Shown: positions 12,447-25,193, counted from the first letter of the whole stretch. The stretch is DNA of 62,119 nt, filler included, from Sphacelaria rigidula (GCA_964200075.2; 5 parts of 5 records of this genome joined end to end with filler, not necessarily neighbours in it); one strand, 5' to 3'. A program made the numbers and translations. Notes: a model not told the origin generated them from the sequence alone.

Positions 12447-13498
12447 TCGAAGCGAGTGCATATGTCGCGTGGCGGAGCGAAGTGCTGGAGGTGTCCCTCA
12501 CTGAATAGCCCTCTTGTCCAGATCATCTGGCAGAGGCTCTAAGTCGAGTAGATTCCATGTGTCATACGTTTGCCATATCTAGTCCGATAGGTCATGTGCC
12601 ATTTTTCAGCATGCTTCATTTCTAGGGCAGGTTGACACCGAGCTCGCCGAGTCTTTGGGAACTTACCTCAAGCCGCGATTAGCAGCTATTAGTCTGGTCG
12701 ACGATAATACAAGAAGCATCAACGTCATTATGGACTGCGATATCAGAGGGGACTCTAGTCTTCTCACAATGGAAGCCTGGCGTTCCTGCAACAGATGCTG
12801 TTCTGACATCGTTGCAGGCCAAGCGCATGCCGCCCGACTGTATGAGCAGTCGGTTGCGTCCGTGCTCTTTACGTCGAACTCATTGAATCGATGCACGTTG
12901 GTTGTTGTTGAGCGCCACGGCGCGGGTGTCCACGAACTGGCACCTTTCACCCCTAGACGGTAACCGTCGATTCGTGACATGGTTCTCAATTCGTATTTGC
13001 TTGAGTGCTTGCGTAGAGTACCCGGCATGTCCGCAACACAATTTTGTTTTGGCGTACGTTTTTTGCGTGCACCATCTGGCGACACGTTACTTCATTATAT
13101 ATCGTAAACAGTGTGCTTTTCAATTGTGAAATGAGTCCTAGCTGCAGCATTGAATTTCGTTTCAAGGAGTATGGGGTAGACAGAGTGCTACTCCACAGTT
13201 GTATGTCACTCATGTGTTTCAAGAGCAAAAGCAGTGCACCATGGCATGCAGCTTGCGGTTCCTTGCACTCTCGTTTCAGATTGTCTCAACATGGCAAAGT
13301 ACGCTGAACAGTAAAAGAAGCGTAGAACCAGGTAGGCCGCTTTCTCTCGTAGGTGTCTCGCGTTGCGTCGTTTTCCCGCCGCGTTGTACTTTGTTACATA
13401 CAACCCAAACACAGCGCCACCAACGGATATATGCATGGGTGACTCATCAACGCTTGCTCTCCTCACAACGGAGAGTCGCGCCCTACGAACGCTTCTCA

Positions 13499-13880
13499 CC
13501 TTCAAAGCAAAGTTATATGACCTAGCCGAAATGATTGATTGAATGGCAATACGGTCGCACGAGAGCATGGATGAGCTCATCTGAACGAGTTCATCAGCCA
13601 CGCTACAATTTTTCACCTTGAACGAGCTCATTAGAACGCTGCTGACCTTCAAAGGAAAGATATATGACCCAGCCGAAATGATTGATTGAAGGGCATATAC
13701 GGTGGCACGAGAGCATAAATGAGCTCATCCGAACGAGTTCATCAGCCACGCTACAATTTTCACCTTAAACGAGCTCATCAGAGCGCTGCTGACCTTCAAA
13801 GCAAAGTTATATGACCTACCCGAAATGATTGATTTAATAGCAAATACGGTGGCACGAGAGCATGAATGAGCTCATCCGCA
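13499..13880. repeat. Tandem repeat, ~148-bp unit x ~2.6
   Basis: ccttcaaag.aaag.tatatgacc..ccgaaatgattgatt recurs at ~13499, ~13647 and ~13793. Confidence 0.9.
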
Positions 13881-15930
13881 CAAGACTTCGGGGCGTTTCG
13901 GGGCATCGGTTCCAGACAGCTGCTAGGGCTGTGCAGCTGTGTTGGCGTTTGCATTTTGCTACCACGTTGGTGTGCCGTTGTCATTTTGTTGTTGCTGGGC
14001 TTTCGCCTTACGGTTGTGCGGTCGTTTGTTGCTCCCGCGCCACCGCCTATTTGCTCGTGTCCTGTTGCACTCTGTTTTGTTGTCATTGCTGTTTGTTGCT
14101 GTTATTATTTGTTGCTCTTGTTGCTGCTACTACCAGCGTTGCAATTGCTGCTGCTGCTGCCGTTTCCGCTGTGCTTCCCTCTACCCTGTTTTGCGGTGCC
14201 CCGCTTGAGGTATTGTAGCTTTTGCGTCTGACGCATACGGTTGGTTGTACCTTTCTTGCTCGCTATCGCAGTGCATGTCAGAATGCACGCGTAGTTCCAG
14301 CCCTTATGCCCTCATTATGCATTTTGTACCGTGCTCCACTTTGAGTGCACGGGTTTTGTTCGCGAATGATTGTCATTATCACACGTGCCCCAATTGTCAC
14401 GACTGACGCTTCCACGTGACTGTTCCCTTCATTTCACCTGTTACTAATTTTTGTAAATTGGTTGTTTGGGTTTTTAAGAGTTTGTTTTGAGTTCAGTGTT
14501 GTCCTTACTCTTCGTTATTATGGTTAGATATAGCCGTACTTTCTATTGCCGGTTCTCCTGAACTCACCATTTTGAACCAGCGTTGCAAGGGTGGATCAAA
14601 TTAATTGCAAAGCCCCACAATACAACACACCGTGACACGCAATACAGGTGATGCAAAGTTTTCACGAGCGGCAGTTTACCGGTTCACTGTTCATTCTGTA
14701 AAAAACGGAAAAGTCACATTATAACACCCAAAGCACCTTTCGCTCGTGAGTTCTTGTGAAACGTCAACAGTCCTTGACCGCTGACTGAGTGATGCGAGGG
14801 TAGGGTTGCACTTTTTGAGCGAAAAGATTTATCGGGGTATTGCGCGCATCATTTTGAGAACCGGCATCGTTTTCACTTGAAAAAGACTGAAAATGATGCC
14901 GATTCATGAAAAGGTCCCTGTGTGCATCTCCATGTCCTGTCCCCGGAGATTTGAGTTGCACAGTAAGCCCCATATATTTGGGCTCCTACAAAAACGAGAC
15001 CCAAAAACAAAAAGTGCAACCCCTATCGTAGCATTGGTCGACTATCGTTGAAAACATGTACTAGTCAACGCGACACTTCTGTTTTTCCCCCTTCTGCCCT
15101 GTCCGTGTCCTTTTCCCCCTCTCTGCTGGTGTTGCCATCGGGCCATTTTTGTCTCATATTGAATTGGGGCAAACAAAAACTGTGTCGCTACGCATCTTTG
15201 TTCTCCTGGGTTACGTTTTTTTGTGACCATAAGGGTTCATGAAATGAATGTGTCCCACCGTCAATGTTTTATGCTGTACTAGTTGGTAATTACAGCACAT
15301 TCGAAACACCGAAAACAAAATGCCCGGCAGGGGCGCTGGACGCCGTGAGGGACGAGCAAGGCGGGGGCGATAGACCCTGCTCCGATTGCGGGTTCTCCTC
15401 GGCACGACGAAGCCGTTCCGATTTACGGGACGCCCGCTCTCGCTCTCGTTTTCATGGCCATCGCTCTACATCACGCCGCCGCTCTACATCGCGGGACTCT
15501 CGTAGTTCCCGCCGTATCCCCCTCCGCCCCTCGCACTCTTGCTCCGCACTCCCTCGCCGCTCTCTGTCCCGTGTAAGATACCGCTCCACGAGCCGTCCCA
15601 GACAGTCACACCAGGACGGACAAGAGACTGAGGGGAGCATTAAGAAACGAGACGAAGGGGTCGAAGGAGCCGAAGTTAATCAACTGGCTAAGGTGAACGA
15701 GCGGGTGCGGAGTCGCATCGCAAACACCCCAAGATGCCAGTGTACAGGGACACTTTACCAGGTAAGCTAACAATAGCAAACAGTGCACTACTCCTCCAGG
15801 AGAAGATCTGGAGCACGTTGCGACATGTGGAACATGCAGCGCTGAAGCTCCCCGAAGACGTACAGCAGGTTGGAGGAAGGTGGGTCACAAGGGTCGACAA
15901 GTACTCGCCCCGCCGCCGTGATCTACTTTT

Positions 15931-16346
15931 AACAGACAACTTGAAAAAATGAGGTTCATCAATGAAATGAGGTTCAAGCCCAAAACAGTACTTTCTCCAC
16001 ATTTTCAGCGATGGTGCCTGATGCCTTTCTTGTCGGCCTAATGACCCTCGATCGCGTAGATACGTCTTTAGCGCATTGTACTGACTCTGGGAGCTTACAG
16101 CGCTGACCGAAACCGTCGTTTCCCCTGATATCACCCCCCCCTAAAAAATCAGGGGAAATGACGGTTTCGGACAGCGCTGTAAGCTCCCAGAGTCGGTAAA
16201 ATGCGCTGAAGAAGTATCTACGCGATCGAGGGGCATTAGGCCGACAAGAAAGTCGTTGGGCATCATCGCTGAAAGTGTGGGGAAAGCGCTGCTGTGGGCT
16301 CGAACCTCATTTCACTGGTGAACCTCATTTTAAAGAATTGTCTGTT
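15931..16346. mobile_element. Fold-back MITE inserted in Gypsy gag
   Basis: aacagacaa...ttgtctgtt ends; ~200-bp arms pair around ~16135; part of the same family lies at ~24740-24791. Confidence 0.88.
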
Positions 16347-19300
16347 TTTTTTTACTTGCTTGCAGGTGGTGGTACTACTGCTACAACGCTGTTGTCGGGC
16401 GTTCATGTTTGGGTGCACCGCATCTCGGGCGGAACCGAAGTCGTCCGCCACGAGCAGGTCACGGCGACCGATTGGTTGCGTCTGTTGGTCCGTGAACAAG
16501 CCCTCAATAGTGACTCTGCCGAAAATGCACGTGAAGTATTGAAGGAGATCACCTTGAAAAACAGTGAATCTTGGGAATATGCGGCTGAGCGAGTTTTGTT
16601 GGCTTATAAAGCCACCCTAGCTAGCGCAAGCCGTCCACATGCCACTGAGACTGATTTGTTTTGGCGTTTTATTACAAAGGAGCAGCTGAACGAATCGTAC
16701 GAATGCGTCGTCCGAGCCGTCCTGCCCGATGAAGTCCGCAGGGATGGAATGCAATCACTTCTCCACGAGCAGATGAGCGTAGCGGACACCAAGCTCGCCG
16801 ACATGGCAAAAGAGTTTCGAAACCCGATGGGGGGAACTTTGCGCCGCCGCAGTGAAGTAGCTCAAGGATTGTATGACGAGCTCATCAGAGTTCTTACTGC
16901 ACGCCCCTCGAAGCATAACAGGAAGCCAGTTCAGAAGAAATCAAGTCGCACGGTAGGACCAGACCGCCTTTTCTCGCTAGATGGTATTAGGCATATGTCC
17001 TCCGCGCAATTCGCAGTGCTCCGCGGCGAGAACGAAGATTCGATGCCCCGTGTTGCCGCAGCCCCGGCGTCTGCTCCCACGATCCCACCGCAGACAGTGT
17101 ACGCGCAACCGCAGTCGGACGAATACGTTCAGCAGCAGACACCGGCCCTAGCTGCAGTGTTCAACAACACACCAGGGACAATCCCGGAACAGCACGGTGT
17201 TCCTTTCGTCGAACAGAAACACCGGTCGGCCACAGAAGTGCAGAGTCAAGGTTGGACAGAGGCCGCGAAAGGAGCGTCTTCTTCGTCTACTGCACCCACC
17301 CCGCCACCAAGTTCATCCTCGACTGTAAGCACCCGCGATCAGCAAGTCGCTCCCTCCCCGACGGGGAACCGAGAAGAGGCCATCGGGTACCTCCGCAGGA
17401 ACGAGATCTGCATTGGCCACGCTTTCACGGATACCTGCCGCCGCCCCGATGGTACTCGCTGTCCGTACACACGCGGTATGATCACGCCGACTCTCTACAG
17501 GAACGTCAAAGCTCGCCGTGGAGTCGCCGTCCCCCGAAGGGACTTGCGGCCTTCACGAAATCCCAATACTTAGCCGCGATCGACATGGGACGGATGAACG
17601 AGGATAGCGATGGTGGACGGGAGGGGGGAGAAGACGAGCACGGAAAGGCGCCCTCTGTCAGCAAACAGCGACCATTGATGGGACGCCCCAGGTATTTTCA
17701 ACCTGAGGAACCTGCTAGAGGAGGAGTTGGTAACCATCGAGCGCCGTCTCGGAAACCAATTGTGGGTGGCGGGAGAGATCTGGCACCGGAGCCGGGCTCG
17801 AAGATTGTGGCCACTCGAGGTACTGTTCGACACCGGGGCAGGTGGAGGCAATTACATGTCTGGGTTTTTGTGGCGCTGCCTCATAAAAGCAGAAGTAGTA
17901 CAGGCCAAGCTAGACGCGAACAACGCTGGTGCTCTTCACGCCGCCAACCCCTCGCAAAGCGAGGTACCCCCGATATCTATAGTTGGATCAATCATGATAC
18001 CTATCTTGTTCGCTAAGGATGATCGCGTTTGTAAAGTAGTAGTCAGGGTGGTAAAAGACCTACCTTACGGGGTCATTTTGGGGACCGAGTTTTAGAGTGC
18101 TAATCGTAGTAACGGGAGGGTTTCGCCCTACCCCGTCTGCACCATGGATTCCGTTTTTGACCAATGATAGCGCCCGACATTCGGGACCGAAGACACTTTC
18201 TGCCCTGGACCCGCTCAATGAAGCCCGTCCGCTAGTCACACCTTTCCCCGCGCCCTGTGAGTTTCGCAGTTACAGCGACGTTGCCTGGGAAAACGACGGT
18301 ACGAGGGAGTGAAACGTGAGGCTGGCCGAGCGTTCCGTCTCCATCGACGGGTTCGTAAGTATGGCGGTGGAAGCGGTGATCATGGGACCCCAACCGCAGA
18401 ACAAGCAGCTAGTTCCAATGCTGCCCTTGGCTACGTACGATCTAGACGGCGAAGCGTTGGTAGAGATAGCCAAAGGAGTATTGCGGTGGGTACCAGGGTT
18501 TCCGGTTTACTGTACTGTAAGTTGGTAAACGGAGGAAAATATAGGGCCGAAGTGAAGACCTCCGGGACAATCGCGCGCTTGATAGCCCTCAACGTGCGCG
18601 ATCCTGCTCGTTTTCACTCACTTTTCGATAACACGCCGTCAACAGCAGACCAACATACCTTGCCCGCACCCCCGTCGTGCCCCGAGAGTGACCAACTACT
18701 CTCAGAACCTAGCCAGGTCCGGGTATCGGATGCAAACATGGGACAGCTTGAGGGAGCAGAGAAGGCGGAGCTTGTGCACCTCCTCCGGGATTTCGTGGAC
18801 GCAAGATTGTTTCCCACGGATCCCACGCGGGTGCCAGCCTGCATCAAGGGTGAGCTAGAATTGCCATTGATTGACGACGCTAGCACGCCCTTCGCCGCAA
18901 AACAACGCCGTTTCTCGCCGGAAGAACGCCGAATGATAAGAGAAGAAAATTATAAGCTTCGTGACCGCGACGTTATCCACCCGTAAACTTCGCCCTGGGC
19001 CGCGCAATGTCTTTGCGTCAAAAAGAAAGATGGCTCCTTGCGCCTGTGCATCGATTGGCGTGCTCTGACCAAGCTTTTAGTGTCTGACAGCGGTGGGCTT
19101 GGTGACATGTAGTCTATATTTATTTGATGATCTCATCAGAGGCAAGAAATGTTTCACGCAACTGGATCTAGCCTCGGGATCCCACCAAATTGAGATTGCT
19201 GACAACGACCGCCACAAAACGGCGTTCAGAGATGCAGACGGCCTACTCTTCGAATTCACCAGGGTGGATTTCGGGCTGACGGTACTCCCAGCGGCGTTTA

Positions 19301-20783
19301 CCCGTAGAGTAAAATCGATGATAGGCAACCTGACTGCTGTACACAGTTGACTAGATGACATCCTCACAGCCAGCCCCTCGTGGGACGAGCACTTGACTTT
19401 ACTTACCATGATCTCGCAACGATTGTCGACTGCAGGGTTCTCGGTAAAATTTGCCAAGTGTACATCTTTGCAGCACCGTCCCAGGAGTTCCTTGGCATGT
19501 TGATCGATAGTACAGGCATACAACCCGCATCCAAACTCACCGCAGTCGCTAAGATGCCACGCCCACGCACTGTTGAGGAGCTTCGTTTGTTTCTCAGACT
19601 CACCGGATACCTCTGACAGTTTGTCGAAAAGTACAGCATAAAAGCCGCCCCGTTGACCAACATCCTTCGCAACACAGAATTTGCCTCGCGTCGTGCACGA
19701 AAGTTGGTCATTCCGTGGGGTGATGACCAGGAAGCAGCGTTCTAGACACTGATGTCTTCCCTAGCATCACCAGCGGTACTCGCTTTCCTCGACCTGAACG
19801 GCACGTCCGAATTGCAAACAGATGCCAGCACAGCGGGTGCGGGGGCCACTCTCTTACAGCCAGTGAGGGACGAGTCTCGCATCATCGCATTTGCGAGTCA
19901 TTGACTTTCACGTACAGAATCACGCCGAGCACGCACAGAGGGGGAATGTATGGCCGTGATATGGAGGGTCCAACATTTTAGACCGTACCTAGCGGGCAGG
20001 AAGTTTAGACTAGTCACCAACTGCTCGGCGCTGACACGGGTGTTTGGTAGTCGTGATCTGTGTTCCAAGCTACACAGGTGGGCGTTCCGACTCATGGAGT
20101 ACGACATGGAAGTTCGATGGCGGGAGGGAACACAACACGTGTTACCTGACGCTATGTCCCGTCTCTCGCATAAACAGGTACCAGGAGATGATATAGACAA
20201 CTCATTTCCCGATTCCACCTTCGGCACACCCTCGAAAGCCGCAAGGTCCCGTGGTCCACAACTGGACGGGGAATGGTTGTCAAAGTTGTCAGCCTATGGT
20301 TTCAAGAGAGAACGCACAGATGTAGCCGAGGCGAGATACCTAGGCACCTCGCAAGCACTCCCTTTCGCTGACTTCGCGTCAATTGAAGACGAATAGCCCG
20401 CCGTTCCCCCAGAATTCGCCGACCATCCGTGCGCTTGCAGTTCCCCGGCGCTGCTCGCATAAGTACCGTGCCCACAGGTGTTCAGATGAATCTTCAGCCG
20501 CCGGTAGGTCTCACGCCTATTGAAGTCCCTACGAGGGAGCCTACCCCCATCATCCCTGCCCCGATCAGCGAGCGGCTGGAAGTGGAAGAGGTGCTGACTG
20601 CTGGGGGGGGGACAGTCCTTCGACTCCGGTGAAACATGCAGTGGACACGTCGGCATTTGAGAGGGCGATACAGATGTTGACAGCCGCACCCGCGCTGAAA
20701 CACCAACAGGAGGAGGATACATTTTTGGGGAAGGTTAGATCGATACTGAGGGGAGAGAAGGCGCACGTTGCGAGTGACAAAGA

Positions 20784-21031
20784 TGGCGAGAGTATTGTAG
20801 GTGCCGACGAGGTGCAGGGGGGAGGAGAGGCACCCGATACGTGTTTCAGACGGCGAGAGTATGGTGAGTGCCGACGAGGTGCAGGGGGAGAAAGAGGTAC
20901 CCAATAGAAGTGGGGCAGACTGCGAGAGTATGATGAGTGCCGACGAGGTGCAGGGGGGAAACGAGGTACGAGTGATGCCGACTGCGAGAGTGTGGTGAGT
21001 GCCGACGAGGTGCCAGGGGGAGAGGAGGTGC
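20784..21031 (+). repeat. Four tandem ~60-70 bp repeats inside Gypsy pol
   Basis: gtgccgacgaggtgc(a/c)gggg at ~20801, ~20868, ~20937 and ~20999, encoding (V/M)(S/G)ADEV(Q/P)GG. Confidence 0.9.
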
Positions 21032-23288
21032 CCAGTACGAAAAATGACGTCAAGATTACGGTGAGTGACGATCTTGCACAAAAACACAGTCTGGACGATC
21101 GAGGTGTGGCGTGGTTTACGAAGGACACTGAGAAACCGTTGCTAGCCATCCCCTCTGCTATGGTGCCCGACATCTTGTCGTTGGTACACACCTTACATGG
21201 TCATACTGGAGTAGGAGCCACGCTGTCTTTGATACACGATCGTTTTATCTGGCCGTCGATGATCAAGGATACCAGGCTAAACGTGTTATGTTGCAGCTGT
21301 AGGAGGAGAAAGAAGGCTAGTAGCCCCAAGGTTGCAATGACCCCTGGACGAGCCGTAGACCCATGGGAAGAATTGGAGATGGATTTGCTGAGCGTAGACG
21401 CTGCCTCGCTTACGAACAACAAGTACATTATTTTGATCATAGATCGAGCCTCTAAGTTCCCATTCGGCTTCCCACTCCAAACAAAGCAGGCTGAAGGTGT
21501 AGCTCGCACCCTTGCCGAGCTATGCTTGACATTCGTGGCCCCAGACATGGGACGAGTATGTCTCCCAAGCACTCTGGATCAAGCGTACCTTGCCCGACGT
21601 TTCCCTACCCTCAGACATGTCCCCGTTTGAGCTTTTGTTCGGTCGTAAACCCCGCACGTCTCTAGATTCGCTCATTCCCCTATATCATGAGGTGGAATCG
21701 AGTAAAGGACTGCACACCTTTGTGGAGCAGCGCAGACAAATCTCAAGGAGGTACGTCTAGCTCTGGAGAAGAGGCATGCCGCGAAAGCATAGACTCGTGC
21801 GAAAATGAACGTCTCCATCATGAGACCCTCCCCCGGAGTGTCTACTAGAGAAGGAGATCTAGTGATGGTACGCGAATCAGACAGCACGATACATCAGGAC
21901 GGTAAGGGTAGGAAACTGCAACACGAAATGTATACGGGGCCCTGGAGAGTGAAGGAAGTGCTGATGACTGGCCGTAGTGTAGAAGTGGTCATGCAGGATC
22001 GTAAACGTCGTACACGTAGGGTAGCCGTCTCGGAGGTGAAACCCTTTCATGTTCGTCCACCACACCTCAGGCACTCCACAGCTGACGACTTTGCTCAACA
22101 TGTATCGGGCTCAGATTGAAAGTCCAACACCACTCCTCCCGAAACTCACGAATTCATCACCTTGGTGCATCGCCGTGAGATCTACTTCATGACAGGCACG
22201 AAGCAATGGGAATATAAGGCGAGATCTTCGGAGGGGGGGGTGTCAGACTGGTTGCCGGAGAGCTAGCTTCGAGACAGCTTTTCTCCTTTGGAACTAGACG
22301 CTTTCTACGCACTCTGGCACCTGTACAGCCCCACAGTTGCACCCAATCTGCCCTCGCATTCCAAGAATCGCCCCGCTCCCCTGTCGCGCAGTGACGCCTT
22401 AAACATTTTCCCCGTAGGTGTTACCTTCTGGAAAGACTTTGGAGGTGTTAAGGTCAAAGGTCAGGTGTATGACTACGGGAGCCGCTTTTGGCGAGTACGA
22501 CACGAAGACGGAGACTGGGAGGAGCTATCCCGCCAGGAACTAGAACACTTGACGCGGGAAAAGGGACCCCGACGGTAGACTGCGCCGAAAAGGGACACCG
22601 ATAGTATACTGCAGCAGGGACGTTAAGGAGTAGTCAGTGTATGAGATGGTACAGGATATCATTGCACCGGGAAGGTGGTTGTCAAATAAATATAAAAAAC
22701 TAAATATGGTGGTACCGTACTTTTCAGTCATGAATTGCGAGTGCCCTATTTATCTGATTTGCGAGTGTTCCTGTTTCTTTTTTATTTTATTTTCGGGTGT
22801 TTTCGGCCTTGTGTTATAAAGATGTAGTAGCTAATCCATTGACTGAGGTCTATCAGTATGAGTACCAGGAGATACCATCGGTTCCAGCTAAACCAAACTC
22901 TCACGTGGGCACACTGTACGACCTACAGCTATTCAGCATGAACAATCACACATACGTCCACCTTCATGTAGACTGCTGATTAGGAACTCACGTGTTTGAT
23001 CGCATCAAGTTACATCTACAAGCAGCTGTCTTACTCAGTACCGCCGCGGCGCAGCCATAGGAGCAGAGGGTAGCGATGGCCCAGAGTAGCAGAGCTAGAT
23101 CAGCGACGAAGGCAAAGCCACTAACTGATCGAGGTGGGTCGGGGCGGCCTCTGGCTGCGGCCGAACAATCCCAACTAATGAGAGTAGGAAACGCAGTAAC
23201 AACGCGTCACGGAACTCAGGGTCTACGAGCAGACCCGCACAGCGTGATATCTTGCAACGCCTTCGAGCTTCATCACACTAGCCCATTA

Positions 23289-23495
23289 TAATGCTTGAGA
23301 AGACCGCGTGCTTAGGGGATCGCATCGGAATTTAAACATCCCTATGGTTAGGGTTAGGGTTAGGGTTAGTGCTGGGATTATGGTTAGGGGCGTGGTACTT
23401 GCAGGGATTGGTCCGGTTGGTTTTGAACAACGTCGATCCTGAGGTGTTTGTCACTACGGCGCGGTCCTCCAAGCACGCGGTCCTCTCACGCATTA
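23289..23495. mobile_element. MITE family C carrying a TTAGGG tract
   Basis: TIRs taatgcttgagaagaccgcgtgcttagggga / tcctccaagcacgcggtcctctcacgcatta; internal (ttaggg)3. Confidence 0.82.
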
Positions 23496-24791
23496 CGCCA
23501 TCCTGGACAAGTTCTTGTGGAGTTGAATCATCATCACCTCGGTATAATATAATTGCGCCGAGGCACTTGAAAATTCAACGAGAAAGGGCTCTTCTACACT
23601 ACACTCGTACAAAAGCATGAAGAGAAGAAAAAATAAATAGATACTCTCCCACACACTTCTCATGGGCGATCATCGCTGCAACTCGCCACATCAAACGTTC
23701 AATCCACAAGAAGAAAACGAAGTATCTACGTGACACTGACGTCCTATGTTGGACAAGACAACACACACGCAAGTCCATCTACAAAGTAAAGCACTAAATG
23801 GTACGCACGCGTAGACTTCATCTACCAACGGAACAAGGAGGGAATGCCAGACAATCCGGGAAAAGGGAAGAGAAAGCGCAGTTGCGGCATAGCATCGCGG
23901 CAACTGCTCTGGTCGGACGCAGATCCAAGTGAGCTCCACGTCTTTGTCCGACTCCGTCCCGACACATTCGTCGCGTATAGCGAGAGTGGCACCCCGCTCG
24001 TTTCCATGGCAGGGCATTTGAAGTATTAAACCTGCCTTTAAAAGGCGTGCAACGTGAAGTGCAATGCGATCAGGGGAGACTACACAGCAACAGGGAGATA
24101 AAAGCCGGGATGCAGCCGATGTTCAGGTTTGGTGTGCCCGAAATGCGAAATTCAAAACCTCTACGGGAGTGGGCACGAGCCCATCCAAGACAACACTCAG
24201 GGTAAGAAGCCAAGGGTCGTTGGTGAGAACTTTTCGCTCAGCGCGGCGGATCAACTATCGCGTGTTATGATCAAAACCTTCGTCAGAACGCAATACCCAA
24301 CTGAAAGCAATCGTCCGGGGGAAATGCGACCTACAACAAGGGCGGTACAATTGGTATTTCCCGTGGTAGCACTGGACCACGAGCAACGGAACGACACAAG
24401 AAAACACACCCGTGTCGCCAGCTGACCAGGCTGCGCCACGGGATAGGGGTAGAACAAACAAACGAACACATCCAGATGGATTGTCGAAATGCAGTACCTC
24501 GCCTCGACCTGAAACAGTCGTCGGGCATAAATACGGCTTACACGAAGGGCGGTAGAGTTAGTAGTACACGGTGTAACCAAGGACCCGTGCAACAAGACGA
24601 TGCAAGGGAGACCCGCGCGGCGAGCTCTCTTGGCGGGCGGCAGGGGGTTGATTAGTGACAACAACAAATACATCCGGAGAACGAGTGATCAAAAGGAAAC
24701 TGGGCTAAATCTACAGTTAACAACAAATTGTGCGAATTGAGGTTTAATTCCGAGATGAGGTTCAAGACTAAAACAGTGCTTTCCCCACACT

Positions 24792-24891
24792 NNNNNNNNN
24801 NNNNNNNNNNNNNNNNNNNNNNNNNNNNNNNNNNNTTAATTAATTAANNNNNNNNNNNNNNNNNNNNNNNNNNNNNNNNNNNNNNNNNNNN
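24792..24891. other. Artificial contig linker
   Basis: Same N44-TTAATTAATTAA-N44 structure. Confidence 0.99.
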
Positions 24892-24948
24892 CATGCTCCG
24901 TCCCGGCTTCGTAGGGATGCGAGGTCAGTCGTCTCATGACTATGGCAT

Positions 24949-25193
24949 ATAGGGCCGAAGCTCTTGAGAGCAGGGTGGTGCGTGTACTGCGCCAAGCTGA
25001 CAAGGGGTTTTAGTGGGAGCATCCCTCACACTGCCTTGAGCCACCGCTCGAGGCGCCTTCCCCACATGACTGCCGCGAGGTGGTCTCTCCGAGCCTTCGG
25101 GTGATCGGCACACGAACTCGCTAGCGACCGCCTGCAATCGCTTGCGAGGTAAGTGTTGGGTTGGGTTTCCTCGTTCCATCAAAGAAAAAACAA
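24949..25193 (+). mobile_element. SINE-like retroposed insertion with 13-bp TSD and A-rich tail, inside repeat family A
   Basis: TSD atgactatg(g/a)cat at 24936-24948 and 25194-25206; 3' tail aaagaaaaaacaa; the uninterrupted site is visible in family A copies at ~6280 and ~12086. Confidence 0.75.

Larger units (their letters stand above)
15320..22578 (+). mobile_element. Decayed Ty3/Gypsy LTR retrotransposon internal region (gag-PR-RT-RH-IN-chromo-like-Tudor-like)
   Basis: Gag ~15320-17600; protease LFDTGAG (~17823) and ILGTEF; RT SPWAA, KKKDGSLRLCIDWR, LDLASG, KTAF, FGL, *LDD (~19350); RNase H TDAS, LHRWA..LMEYD; integrase HxxxGH, PWEELEMD, YTGPWRV (GPY/F). Domain order PR-RT-RH-IN is Gypsy. 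Many stops and frameshifts; LTRs not identified. Confidence 0.93.

Noticed and set aside
12447-13300. Possible MULE/SWIM transposase remnant or exon on the minus strand
   Set aside because: Only vague similarity (NEFDVKS, WQTY..PLP) and no intact CxC...CxH motif
13796-14231. Cys/Leu/Ala-rich ORFs
   Set aside because: Products of TGT/TGC microsatellite-like low-complexity sequence
14900-15320. 5' LTR and PBS of the Gypsy element (tggtaattac at ~15284) paired with sequence after 22637
   Set aside because: No matching direct repeat found by eye between the two flanks
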